Source: an uncultured delta proteobacterium (GTDB lineage Bacteria; Myxococcota_A; Polyangia; Polyangiales; Polyangiaceae). Taken from it: 64,000 nt of DNA. Shown one piece after another: positions 28,304 to 38,108 of this stretch (within the stretch, counting starts at the first letter, position 1; each line of letters begins with the position of its first letter). The translations under genes and the position numbers were made by a program. The stretch covers positions 320,001 to 384,000 of the forward strand of contig CAWJCS010000006.1 in NCBI GenBank assembly GCA_963841435.1, given 5' to 3'. The notes below the pieces were generated by a model, which saw only the letters and a list, made by a program, of their open reading frames with translations, was not told the DNA's origin and made no database searches.

Positions 28304-30261
28304 GCGACGAGCTCGTCCTTCGCGGCCGGGTGCTCTACGTCACCGACGACGTGGCGGCCCTCTCGCGCCAGCTTGCGGGTGAAGCTCTCGGAGCGATGCC
28401 CCCGCTTTCCGACAACGTCTCGACCGACGAGATGGCGCCCGGCTGGGCGTCCTACTACTTCGACGATCGGCTCGGGCGGTACTGCCTCGTGGGATTTCGC
28501 AACGGCGCGATCGGCGAGGACGCGGTCCGTGCCGGCGGGTTCGAGGTGCTGGTAGCCGGTGAGAGCTTCGGCTGTGGCAGCTCGCGCGAAACCGCGCCCT
28601 ACGCGCAGCTCGTCGCGGGCATCCGGCTCGTCGTCGCCAGGAGCTTCGGGCGCATCTACCGGCAGAATTGCGAAAATATCGGGCTCTTCACCTCGACCGA
28701 CTTCGCTCTGCTCGAGCGCGTTCGGCGCGGCGAGCCTCTCACGCTCGGCGAGCTCGTGGCGGATGCCGACTCGGTCACGAGGGATGTCGCGCTCGCGGGC
28801 GGGCTTTTGGCGCACGCCAAGGCGCGCCTCGAGGGGCGCGTCCGGCTGCCCGCCGTGCCCGCACGGCGCCGCCCGATGACACTCGTCGAGTCCATCATCG
28901 CGCGCCACGCCGTGAGCGACGCTCACGCGGCGACGGGCGTTCCCGCCGTGGCTCCCGGCGACTCGCTGTTCGTCCGCGCCGACCTGCGTTTCAGCCATGA
29001 ATACGTGACCCCCATGGCCGAGGCACTGCTCGAGCGGGCGCTTGGCGGCTCCGCACGTGTGACCGAGCCCCAGAGCGTCGTCTTGTTTCGCGACCACCTC
29101 ACGTTCGTGCGAGAGGTCCTGGAGCGCGATCCGAAGCGGCTCCCGCTGCTCGAGCAAGCCGAGCTGCTGCCGCGCGCGCAGGCGCGTTTCGCAGCGCGTC
29201 ACGGGCTGCGCTTGCTCGGTGAGGTGACGCACGAGGGCACGCCCCGGGGCAGCCACGCTATTTGTCACGAGGAGGTGCTCGAGGCGCTCGCCGAGCCCGG
29301 GATGCTCATCGTCGGAACCGATTCGCATGCGTCGACGGCAGGGGCGCTCGGCTGCCTTGCCTTCGGTGTCGGCAGCAGCGACATCGCCCACGCCTTCGTG
29401 ACGGGCGACGTGAGGCTTCGCGTGCCCGAGAGCGTTCGCGTCGTCCTGCGCGGACGGCTCGCTCCGGGCGTCTCGGCCAAGGACGTGATGCTCGCATTAT
29501 TCGTCGATCCGCTCGTGCGGAGCGGCAAGACGACGGGGCGCGTGCTCGAGTTCGCAGGCGACGGCCTTTTTTGCCTCGGGCTCGACGAGCGCGCGACGCT
29601 GGCGAACATGGCCGTGGAGGCCGGCGCGCTGAGCGGCATCGTTCCCGTCGATCCGACGCTGCTCGACGAGGTCGCGACGCTGCGCGGTGTCGATGCGGCT
29701 CGGCTCGCCGCGCTCGCCCCGAACGCAGATCCGGGTGCCGACTACGCGGGACAAATCACGCTCGACCTTGCCGCAATCGAGCCCATGGTCGCCCTGCCGG
29801 GCGACCCGCAGAGCGTGGTGCCGCTGTCGGAGCTCGCCGCCGACCCGCCCGCGATCGACATCGCCTACGGCGGCACGTGCACGGGCTCGAAGCGCGCCGA
29901 TCTCGATCTGTACGCGGAGGTTCTCGAAGCCGCGCTGCTCGCCGGTCGGAGCGTGAGCCCCGGGGTGCGCTGCTTTGTGCAGTTCGGCTCGCAGCGCGTG
30001 CGGCGGCACGCCGAAGATCGGGGGTATCTCGGGCTCTTCGCGCGCGTTGGCGCCGTCGTGCTCGATCCGGCCTGCGGCGCCTGCATCGGCGCCGGCCCCG
30101 GTGTTTCCACGGACGCGAGACAGGTGACGGTCAGCGCCGGAAGCCGCAACTTCCCGGGTCGCAGCGGTCCTGGTCGCGTCTTTCTCGCAAGCCCGCGTGT
30201 CGTGGCGGCGAGTGCGGTAGCCGGGTACCTCGCGGCGCCGTCGTTTGGAGCCGCACGATGA
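28300..30261 (+). CDS. Aconitase-family dehydratase: LeuD-like swivel domain fused N-terminally to a LeuC-like domain
   Basis: DNVSTDEM, FGCGSSRE, ARSFGRIY (swivel); DH, GTDSH, GGTCTG, ACGACI, RNFPGRSG, LASP (large subunit). Confidence 0.88.
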   Translation: MSDELVLRGRVLYVTDDVAALSRQLAGEALGAMPPLSDNVSTDEMAPGWASYYFDDRLGRYCLVGFRNGAIGEDAVRAGGFEVLVAGESFGCGSSRETAPYAQLVAGIRLVVARSFGRIYRQNCENIGLFTSTDFALLERVRRGEPLTLGELVADADSVTRDVALAGGLLAHAKARLEGRVRLPAVPARRRPMTLVESIIARHAVSDAHAATGVPAVAPGDSLFVRADLRFSHEYVTPMAEALLERALGGSARVTEPQSVVLFRDHLTFVREVLERDPKRLPLLEQAELLPRAQARFAARHGLRLLGEVTHEGTPRGSHAICHEEVLEALAEPGMLIVGTDSHASTAGALGCLAFGVGSSDIAHAFVTGDVRLRVPESVRVVLRGRLAPGVSAKDVMLALFVDPLVRSGKTTGRVLEFAGDGLFCLGLDERATLANMAVEAGALSGIVPVDPTLLDEVATLRGVDAARLAALAPNADPGADYAGQITLDLAAIEPMVALPGDPQSVVPLSELAADPPAIDIAYGGTCTGSKRADLDLYAEVLEAALLAGRSVSPGVRCFVQFGSQRVRRHAEDRGYLGLFARVGAVVLDPACGACIGAGPGVSTDARQVTVSAGSRNFPGRSGPGRVFLASPRVVAASAVAGYLAAPSFGAAR

Positions 30262-30301
30262 CTCGCCGCCCGCGAGCACGATCGTCGCGCGGAGGCTCAC
30301 G

Positions 30302-30940
30302 ATGACGAAGCGGCGACGCACGTCGCCGTCGCGCGCCGGGAGCGGCGCTCAGCTCGGCCCGGGCGTGTGGACGCGGCTTCGCTACGTCGTTTTCGACGCC
30401 GAGGGTGAACGGGTGAGCGCGGCGGAGGAGGAGATGGGATTCGTGTTCGGCTACGGAGCGCTCTTGCCGGCGCTCGAGGTGGCGCTCGCCGGTCTCGGCG
30501 CGGGCGCACGCCGCAGCGTCGTCCTCCCGCCGGAAGAGGCGTACGGCGCACGGGACCCGCGGGCCGAGCTCGAGCTCGACCGCGACGAGTTCCCGGCCGA
30601 CGTCGCCGAGGGGCAGCGCTACGACGTGGAGAGAGACGACGGCACGCCGCTCGTCCTTCGGGTCCTCGGCGTGACGGAAACGTCCGTGGTGGTCGACTTG
30701 AACCATCCACTCGCGGGGCAGCGCGTCCGCTTCGAGATCGAGGTGCTCGAGGCGCGCCCGGCCAGCGCGGAGGAGCTCTCGCTCGCGGAGGCCGCCCTGC
30801 TCGAGGAGCCCGGCGACGAGGCCGAGCCCGCCCCCGGGGGCGCGGCGGACGGGGACGGTGACGGTGTCGAGGGTGCGGTGGGAGCCGACTCCGCGCTGCT
30901 TCCGGCCGCGAGCTTGCTTCGACGGGGGGTCCGGAGCTAG
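30302..30940 (+). CDS. slyD: FKBP-type peptidyl-prolyl isomerase, SlyD-like
   Basis: LPPEEAYG, VVVDLNHPLAGQRVRFEIEV, RPASAEEL. Confidence 0.85.
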   Translation: MTKRRRTSPSRAGSGAQLGPGVWTRLRYVVFDAEGERVSAAEEEMGFVFGYGALLPALEVALAGLGAGARRSVVLPPEEAYGARDPRAELELDRDEFPADVAEGQRYDVERDDGTPLVLRVLGVTETSVVVDLNHPLAGQRVRFEIEVLEARPASAEELSLAEAALLEEPGDEAEPAPGGAADGDGDGVEGAVGADSALLPAASLLRRGVRS

Positions 30941-30954
30941 GAATTCGCCCCAAC

Positions 30955-31479
30955 ATGGCCATCCCCCCCGAACTGAAATTCGATGTCCGCGTGCGTGACC
31001 GCCTGCTAGGCCGCGGACTCGTCACCGAGGCCGAGCTCGACAAGCACGTCAAGGCGCTGCCGGATCTCGAGGCTCAGGCGGTGGAGCTTACGCCGAAGCA
31101 ACCGGCGCTCCAGACCGAAAGCGATCGCGACATCGTGATTGTGCGAACGTCCGGCATCCGGCCCCCCATCACACCCGTGGTGTCGGAGGACGAGGCGGAC
31201 ATTCCGATCCCCGACGACGACGATCTCGACGATGACGACGATCTCGACGACGACGAGGATGACGACGCGGCCGACAAGGCGAAGAAGGCGCCCGCCGAAC
31301 CAGCGCCTGCGCCCGAGCCCGCCGTGGCCGCCGCCGTGGCGGCACCGAGCGAGCCAAGCACCGAGCCCGCCGTGGCCGCCGCCGTGGCGGCACCGAGCGA
31401 GCCAAGCACCGAGCCCAGCGCCGAGCCCAGCGCCGAGCCCAGCGCCGAGCCCAGTGAAGACGATTGGGGAGCGGGCTGA
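30955..31479 (+). CDS. Hypothetical protein with acidic and Pro/Ala tandem-repeat tail
   Basis: FDVRVRDRLL..G..T..E..KH..ALPD N-domain; poly-Asp; operonic position. Confidence 0.7.
   Translation: MAIPPELKFDVRVRDRLLGRGLVTEAELDKHVKALPDLEAQAVELTPKQPALQTESDRDIVIVRTSGIRPPITPVVSEDEADIPIPDDDDLDDDDDLDDDEDDDAADKAKKAPAEPAPAPEPAVAAAVAAPSEPSTEPAVAAAVAAPSEPSTEPSAEPSAEPSAEPSEDDWGAG
31315..31455 (+). repeat. Coding tandem repeats: 2 x 48 bp exact, then about 3.7 x 12 bp (GAGCCCAGCGCC)
   Basis: 31315-31362 is identical to 31363-31410; EPSA repeats follow. Confidence 0.85.
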
Positions 31480-31808
31480 TGGGTGACGCCGATCCGCCCG
31501 GCGGCCCGCGTGAAGCGCGCGACGACACGGCGGCCGGCGCGTCCAACGACGGGCTTCCGGGTGTGGACTTCAACACGCTGGTGCTCTCGCTCAGCCACTC
31601 CGCTCTCTTGCACCTCGGCGACGCGCCCGATCCGGACGGCGGCCGGCTCGTGAGCTTGCCGCTCGCGCGTCAGACCATCGACCTTTTGGCCCTCCTCCAG
31701 GAAAAGACCAAAAACAACCTCGACGGTCAGGAGGAGCGATTGCTCGAACAAGCGCTCTACGATCTCAGGTTGCGCTACGTCGAGGTCTCGAAGAGCCAGC
31801 CGCGGTGA
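31479..31808 (+). CDS. DUF1844-family protein
   Basis: DFNTLVLSL..SALLHLG...LARQTIDLLALLQEKTKNNL..EERLL..ALYDLRLRYV. Confidence 0.85.
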   Translation: MGDADPPGGPREARDDTAAGASNDGLPGVDFNTLVLSLSHSALLHLGDAPDPDGGRLVSLPLARQTIDLLALLQEKTKNNLDGQEERLLEQALYDLRLRYVEVSKSQPR

Positions 31809-32948
31809 AGACCCTCGCCCTCGTCGTCTCCGGCTTCGTCGCAGGGGCGTTGCTCACCGTGGGCTGCCGCCCCAAGAGCAAGGTCGGCGAAGCTCTGCCG
31901 TCCGGCGCCGTGTCCGTGACGGCGGCGCCGACTTACTCCGCGCCGCCGGCCCCGCCCGCGCTGCTCGGCGCGGCCATACCGGCGAGCTTCGCCGAGCTCG
32001 CGGCGCGCACCGATGCCGCCGTCGTGTTCGTCAAGACGCTGCAGGAGCGAGGCATCGCCGGGCGCGAGCGCGTCGTGGGCGAGGGTCTCGGCACCGCGTT
32101 CGTGTTCGACCCCGACGGGCTCGTGCTCACGAACAATCACGTGATCGAGGGCGCGACCGAGATCCGGGTCACGCTGGGGCAGAAGCGAGAGCTGCCGGCG
32201 ACGGTGGTGGGGCGTGATCCGCCAACCGACATCGCGGTCCTGCGCATCGACGCCAAGGGGCTTGCGCACGTGCCGCTGGGCGATTCGGAGGCCATCCGGG
32301 TCGGCGACTGGGTGGTTGCGATCGGCAATCCGTTCGGCCTCGCGCACACCGTGTCGGCCGGCATCATCTCCGCAAAGGGGCGCACGAACCAAGATGTGCG
32401 CGGCCTCGACGACTCGGGCTACTACGATTTTCTGCAGACCGATGCGAGCATCAACCCCGGCAACTCCGGCGGTCCGCTGCTCGACGTGACCGGACGGGTC
32501 GTCGGCATCAACACGGCGATCCGCGCGCAAGCGAACAGCATCGGCTTTGCGGTGCCCATCAACATGGTCAAGGAGCTCCTGCCGCGCCTCCTCAGAGACG
32601 GAAAGATCACCCGGAGCGCCATTGGTGTGGTCGTGGCCCCCGTCATGGCCGACGACGTTCGAGCGCCTACACTTGCCGGCTGAGTCCGGCGCTCGGATCC
32701 GCGCCGTGGTGCCCGGCAGCCCCGCCGATCGCGCGGGCCTCGCGCCCGAGGACGTGGTCGTCGGGCTCGACAGCGAGCCGATCCCGACACCCGAGCGCCT
32801 GCGCTGGGTCGCGAGCCTGGCCGGCGTGGGACAGACGGTGACGCTTCGCGTCATCCGTTCGGGACGCACGTTCGACCTCAAGGTCGTCTTGCAGCAGCTA
32901 CCGGAGCGCACGGCGCAGCCGCACCCGGGGTTTCCCGGCATTCCGTAG
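31805..32948 (+). CDS. HtrA/DegP-family serine protease with PDZ domain; +1 indel at ~32658
   Basis: TNNHV, DIAVL, QTDASINPGNSGGPL; PDZ (VVPGSPADRAGL) in the next frame; removing one T in GACGTTCGAG restores the frame. Confidence 0.88.
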
Positions 32949-33060
32949 CCTCGCGGCACCTGATTGCTCTGCGCCGGTGGGGAGGCCCAGCGCGGTACGC
33001 CCGCCGGCCGGCACACGGGCAGGGGAGGGACCGCGTCCCTGCCGCGTAGATCCGGGCTGA

Positions 33061-33798
33061 ATGTCTCGGTCCGCCGCCGTTTCCCCGAGCAGCGGGGACG
33101 CCGGCTCCGTGGCCGCGCCCCGCTCGTCGGTCGAGCTCCGTCCGCTGCGGGTGAATACCGCGACGGACGCTGCGTCGAACCCTTCGACCGCCGGCGTCGA
33201 GCCGGACCCAGACCATGTTCTCATCCAGCGCGTCCAGGCCGGCGACCACCGGGCGTTCGGCGATCTGGTTCGGCGCCACGAGCGCCGCGCCTTCGCCCTC
33301 GCCGTGGGCCTCGTGCGTGATCAGGAGGACGCGGGCGAGATCGTGCAGGAGGCGTTCCTCAGGGTGTATCGGGGCATTCACGGCTTCACCGGAGCCGCGA
33401 GCTTCTTTACGTGGCTCTACCGCATCGTCAAAAACCTCTCCATCGACCTCATGCGGCGTCCGGCCTGGCAGCGCGAGCTGCCAGAGAGCGACGCCGTCGA
33501 CGACGAGCCGCTACGCTCGGCCGTCGGATCCGATCCGAGCGAGGTCCTCGAGCGCCGCGAGCTCGCGATGCGCCTCGACGCCGCATTCGCGGCCCTGCCC
33601 GCGTACCACCGGGAGGTCATCGTGATGCGCGAGGTCGAAGGCAAGAGCTATGACGAGATGGCGGCCACCGCCGGCGTCACGAAGGGTACGATCATGAGCC
33701 GGCTCTTTTACGCGCGCCGCAAGCTGCAGCGCGCGCTCGGCCCCGATTACTCCGAACGGACCGGGCGAAGCCCCGGGGGCGGGCGGAGCGGGCGATGA
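33061..33798 (+). CDS. ECF sigma-70 factor
   Basis: QEAFLRVY, FFTWLYRI, SYDEMA...GTIMSRLFYAR; true start may be downstream. Confidence 0.92.
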   Translation: MSRSAAVSPSSGDAGSVAAPRSSVELRPLRVNTATDAASNPSTAGVEPDPDHVLIQRVQAGDHRAFGDLVRRHERRAFALAVGLVRDQEDAGEIVQEAFLRVYRGIHGFTGAASFFTWLYRIVKNLSIDLMRRPAWQRELPESDAVDDEPLRSAVGSDPSEVLERRELAMRLDAAFAALPAYHREVIVMREVEGKSYDEMAATAGVTKGTIMSRLFYARRKLQRALGPDYSERTGRSPGGGRSGR

Positions 33799-34274
33799 AG
33801 GTGAGCGACCGTGAGCTCATGCTGTACTTCGACGGGGAGCTCGGGCCCGGACGCTCGGGCGAGATTGCGTGCGCGCGCCGGCGGGACCCGTCGATTGACG
33901 CACGCTTGGCGCGCTTCGCGCGGGTCGGGGAGGTCACGCGAGCCTGGGCTCGCCGGCACCGTATCGAGCGCGCCCGCGTGGTGGAGAAGCCGCCGCGGGT
34001 CCCCTCGCTCGGGCGGCGCTGGGCCGTGGGGGCGCTCGCCGCGGCTGCGTTGCTCGTTGCCGCGCACGCCGGAGACGGGGCTCGCGAGGCGCAGCCCACT
34101 GCCTCGGCGGATTGCGCTCGAGAGCCGACCGGTCCCGTCCGGGCCGTGGCGGTTGACAGCGTGAACTTCGGGGAGCGCGCCGGTGCGGTTTTCCACGTGC
34201 CGGCGAACGACGGTGAGACCACGGTGGTCTGGCTATCGGACGATACCCCGGTCCCCCCGACCTTGCCGTTATGA
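33795..34274 (+). CDS. Putative anti-sigma factor (single TM)
   Basis: LMLYFDGEL N-terminus, TM, VDSVNFG..TTVVWL; ATGA-coupled to the sigma factor. Confidence 0.7.
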   Translation: MKVSDRELMLYFDGELGPGRSGEIACARRRDPSIDARLARFARVGEVTRAWARRHRIERARVVEKPPRVPSLGRRWAVGALAAAALLVAAHAGDGAREAQPTASADCAREPTGPVRAVAVDSVNFGERAGAVFHVPANDGETTVVWLSDDTPVPPTLPL

Positions 34275-34741
34275 GGGTCGCGTTCCTGGTCGCGGCGGCG
34301 CTCGCCGCGCAGCCGAGCACGGCGTGGGCGGAGCCGCGCGACGCCAAAAGCCCCGCGGCGAGCCTGTTCGTCGAGCTCTCCGTGCTCCACGCCACGCACG
34401 AATCTCGCCAAATCGATCCACGCGTCGCCGATCTCACGGAGCTCACGAAGCCGCCGTTTTCCAGCTACGAGCGCTACCGGCTCATCGAACGCGTGAGGCT
34501 GCCGCTCGCGACGCGCGTGCCGGTGGTGAGGCGGCTGCCGAACGGACGCATGCTTCGGACCGAGCTAATCGAGCGCGAGCGTGGGGACGTCGTGCACCTG
34601 GTTTCGAGCATCAATCAGCCGGGTGGGAGCTCTTTCCTGCCGTTGCTCGAGGTCACGGCGCGCGTCGGGCAGCGCTTCATCGTCGCCGGGCAGCGCTACA
34701 AGACGGGGATCTTGGTGCTCGTGCTGCGCGTCCAGCGTTGA
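34271..34741 (+). CDS. Secreted hypothetical protein in the ECF operon
   Basis: Signal peptide (AWA-E); ATGA overlap. Confidence 0.7.
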   Translation: MRVAFLVAAALAAQPSTAWAEPRDAKSPAASLFVELSVLHATHESRQIDPRVADLTELTKPPFSSYERYRLIERVRLPLATRVPVVRRLPNGRMLRTELIERERGDVVHLVSSINQPGGSSFLPLLEVTARVGQRFIVAGQRYKTGILVLVLRVQR

Positions 34742-34781
34742 GTTTCCTGCCGGCGCGGGGCGCCGCGCGCTCACTCCGGGC

Positions 34782-36029
34782 TCAGGCGCTGCCGCCCGAG
34801 GCGGCCATCGGCAGTGTCAGCGTGAAGGTCGTGCCCCGGTCGGGCGAGCTCGTGACCTCGATGGTCGCTCCGAGCGCGTTGACGATGCTCTTGACGATCG
34901 AAAGGCCGAGCCCCGTGCCCCGACCCTCGCTCTTCGTCGTGAAGAACGGCTCGAAGATCAGCTGCAGGTGCTCCTCGTCTATGCCGGCGCCCTCGTCCTC
35001 GATGAAGAGCATTACCGATCGCGTCTCCGGCTCGGCCCGTGCCGTGAGCGTGAGTCGCCCACCGCGCTCGCTCATCGAATGGGCCGCATTGGTGAACAGG
35101 TTCACGAACACCTGCGTGAGCGAGCCGACGACACCGAGCACGGCGGGCAAGCCGCTCGGGACCTGCACGTCCACCTCGATGCCGGAGAACTCGTGCTCGC
35201 AAAACACCAGCGCCTTGTTGACCACTTCCTTGAGCTCGACCGGACCGGGCACCTCGGTCGAAGGCCGCGCATAAGCGACGAGATCCCGGGAAAAGCGCAG
35301 GATCCTCCCGGCCGCGTCCTCGATGCGCCGCAGCCGCTCGAGATCGTCCTCCGCCTCGCCATTGGGAAGCCGCCCGCGGGCTTTCTTCGCCAGGTAGTCG
35401 GCGTACGCGATGATGGAGGTCAGCGGATTGTTGAGCTCGTGGACCACACCCGCGACGATCTGGCCGAGTGACGCCAGCTTCTCGGCCTGGATCATGTGGG
35501 CTTGTAGTTGCTCGAAGCTACGAGCGGAGGCCTGCGTGTGGCGGAACGCCCGCGAGCGGCTCAGCGAGCGCGAAAACACGATCGAGGCGCGCTCGGTGAT
35601 CTGCAGGTCGAGCGGCGAGAGGTCGGCGCTCGACCCGACGTGCAGGGTCGAAACGTCGTCGAGCGACAGAATGCGCTCGTCGCGCAGCATGGGAAAGAGG
35701 CGCGACGGGTCGCGCTGCATGGCGTCCGACGAGCCGGGCGGCAGGCGGACGCTCACGGTCGGCCGCTCGCCAGCGTCCGTGACGACGCATGCGCCCAACG
35801 CCAAGTGCGGCAGCAGTGTGGAAAGGCCGTCGAGGAAGCGCTCGGAGACCTCGGCCGGGCCGCTCTCGACGGGCAAATCGAGCGCCAGCGCGAGGAGCAC
35901 GTCACGCCAGGGATCGGCCGGTCGCTCCGAGATGCGGCGCGGGGAGCCCGGCAGCGCTTCGCGGGGGTCCGCGGCGGAGATTCGCCCGGGAATCGGTGTG
36001 CGCCCGGAGAGCTCGTGGCGACCGCTCAT
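34782..36029 (-). CDS. Sensor histidine kinase (HisKA + HATPase, no TM)
   Basis: EKLASLGQ..HELNNPL; NLFTNA; DEGAG; EPFFTTK..GTGLGL. Confidence 0.92.
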   Translation of the reverse strand: MSGRHELSGRTPIPGRISAADPREALPGSPRRISERPADPWRDVLLALALDLPVESGPAEVSERFLDGLSTLLPHLALGACVVTDAGERPTVSVRLPPGSSDAMQRDPSRLFPMLRDERILSLDDVSTLHVGSSADLSPLDLQITERASIVFSRSLSRSRAFRHTQASARSFEQLQAHMIQAEKLASLGQIVAGVVHELNNPLTSIIAYADYLAKKARGRLPNGEAEDDLERLRRIEDAAGRILRFSRDLVAYARPSTEVPGPVELKEVVNKALVFCEHEFSGIEVDVQVPSGLPAVLGVVGSLTQVFVNLFTNAAHSMSERGGRLTLTARAEPETRSVMLFIEDEGAGIDEEHLQLIFEPFFTTKSEGRGTGLGLSIVKSIVNALGATIEVTSSPDRGTTFTLTLPMAASGGSA

Positions 36030-38069
36030 GGGCGCGGCTCCCTTTCGCCCGACGGCCCGCTCGCGCGCTCGAGATCGAGGATGCGCGCTTCACCGACGTA
36101 GCTCTTGGTCTCGTACTTGGTGATGCTGCCGACCTTGCGCACGATCTCGGCCATCCGTTGGGCCTCGGAGACGATCACCTGTGCGTTCTTCCACAGGTTC
36201 GGCTCGCGCTCGAGCTGGCGGCTCAGCAGCTCGGCGTAGCCGATCACGCTCGTGAGCGGCTGGTTGAGCTCGTGCGCCGCAGCTCCCGCGAGCTCGGCGA
36301 TCATGGCCTGCTTCTCGCGCGTGCGAAGCTCTTCTTGCGCTCGCTCGAGCTCCCCTTGGATGCGGAGCTTCTCGCGCAGATCCGTGAAGATGCCGAGCGT
36401 CCCCACGGGTGTGCCGTTCTCGACCACGAGCGACGCCGACAGCAAAACGGGGAGATTGCTGCCGTCCGCAGCCAGCATGTCGACGCGGAAGTCTTGCAGA
36501 CGCCCGTAGCCGGATTGGTCGGGATCGCGGATGTGCTTCATGATTTGCCGCGCGATCCCGGCAGCGTAGAGATCCTCGACGTTCAGCTTGCCGATGACGT
36601 CCGCCTGCGCGTAGCCGAAAACTCGCGCGGCAGCGCGGTTGAAAAGCCGCACCGTCCCGTCTGAGATCCGCCGAGACGATCGCGTCGACCGAGCTCTCGA
36701 TGACGGACTCCAAGAAATCCTTGGTCCGCTGGAGCTCGATCGCCGTGCGGCGCTCGAGCGTCACGTCGCGAATCGTGAACAGCACGGCGTTGTCGTCGTG
36801 GAGCACCGAGCTGAAGCTGACGTTGACGGTGGTCAAGCGACCGTGACGCTCGGCGAGGGTGAGATCGACGCCTCGCGGGTAGACTCCCGACCGGAAGCCG
36901 CGCATCAGGCGCTCCGCCATCGCCTCCTGCTCGGGCGCGAGCAGCGCCTTGAGCGACGTGCGTGCGAGATCGGCCTCGCCCTCATCGAGGATCTCGCGCG
37001 CCCTTGGGTTCGCAAAGAGGACATGGCCGGTACGATCGATCACGACCATGCCGTCCGCGGCGCTCTCGAAGAAGCCCGCATAGCGCTGGAAGAGCTGGAC
37101 GCGCTGCTCCGCCTGCACGCGCTCGAGCGTGCTCTTTTGGGTCTGGTCCCTGAGAGACTGCAGGATACGCGCATTGCGCAGGGCGATGGCGGTGGCGTTC
37201 GCCAGCGTCGAGACCAGCGAAAGCTCGGCGTCGCGGAAGCTCGCCTTCGATTTCGAGCGCAAAAACAGCACGCCGAGGGGTCGAGCCTGGTCTTGCAGGA
37301 TGGGCATCAGGGCTAGCGAGGCGTAGCCGCGGGCGGGTTCGCGGCGCTCGCGGACGACGCTCATGAGCTCGCTCTCCGCGGCGTCGCGGATCACCAGCGA
37401 GCGCCCCGTGCTCACGACCTCGCGGATCTCGGGATACTGGTCGATGTCGATGGGCAAATCGCGCAGGCTGTCGTCGTCGCTCGAGGCAAGCACGTAGCCG
37501 ATTCGCCCGGACTCGGCGAAGAGCACGATGCTGCAGCGGTCGACCCGGGCGACCTCGGCGATGCGTTGCACGACCGTGAACAGGATGTCGCGGATGTCGA
37601 GGCTCGAGGCCAGAGCTTGAGTGAGGTCGAGCACCGTTTGCTGGTCGCGGTCACGGCGAGCGAGCCGCTCCAGGTATTCGCGCACGCGCATCTGGACGCG
37701 CAGCCGCGCGAGCAGCTCGCCCGGCCGAAAGGGCTTGCGCACGTAGTCGTCCGCCCCGTGCGCGAACGCACGCTCGATTTCGGCGTCGGCGTCGAGGGCC
37801 GTGAGCACGATCACGGGCACTTCGGCGAGCTCCGGACGCGAGCGCACGAAGCGGAGCACCGCGTAGCCGTCCGGCTCCGGCATGACCAGGTCGAGCAGGA
37901 TGGCGCTCGGCGGGTCATGGGCCCCCAGGTGCAACATCGCGTCCGTCCCGCTCGAAACGATGTCGGCTTGCAAACCCGCAGCCGCCAACATCTGCCCGAG
38001 CATGTGGCGGCTCACACCGTCGTCATCGACGACTAGCACGCGGGACTCCGGAGGCACGTGAAGTTTCAT
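36026..38069 (-). CDS. REC-GAF-PAS-PAS-HisKA signalling protein lacking HATPase; +1 indel at ~36663
   Basis: VLVVDDD..LLDLVMP..KPF; GAF; FFESAADG and VIESSVDA PAS starts; AHELNQPL followed by about 60 aa and stop; ADL-DGTV restored by removing one A. Confidence 0.85.
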
Positions 38070-38108
38070 GTTATCACGAGCCCGTGAGGGCGGGTATATT
38101 GTCCGACC

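Noticed and set aside
21696..36665. Programmed ribosomal frameshifting in SDR, HtrA and the signalling gene
   Set aside because: No slippery heptamers or stimulatory structures; single-base removal restores canonical motifs
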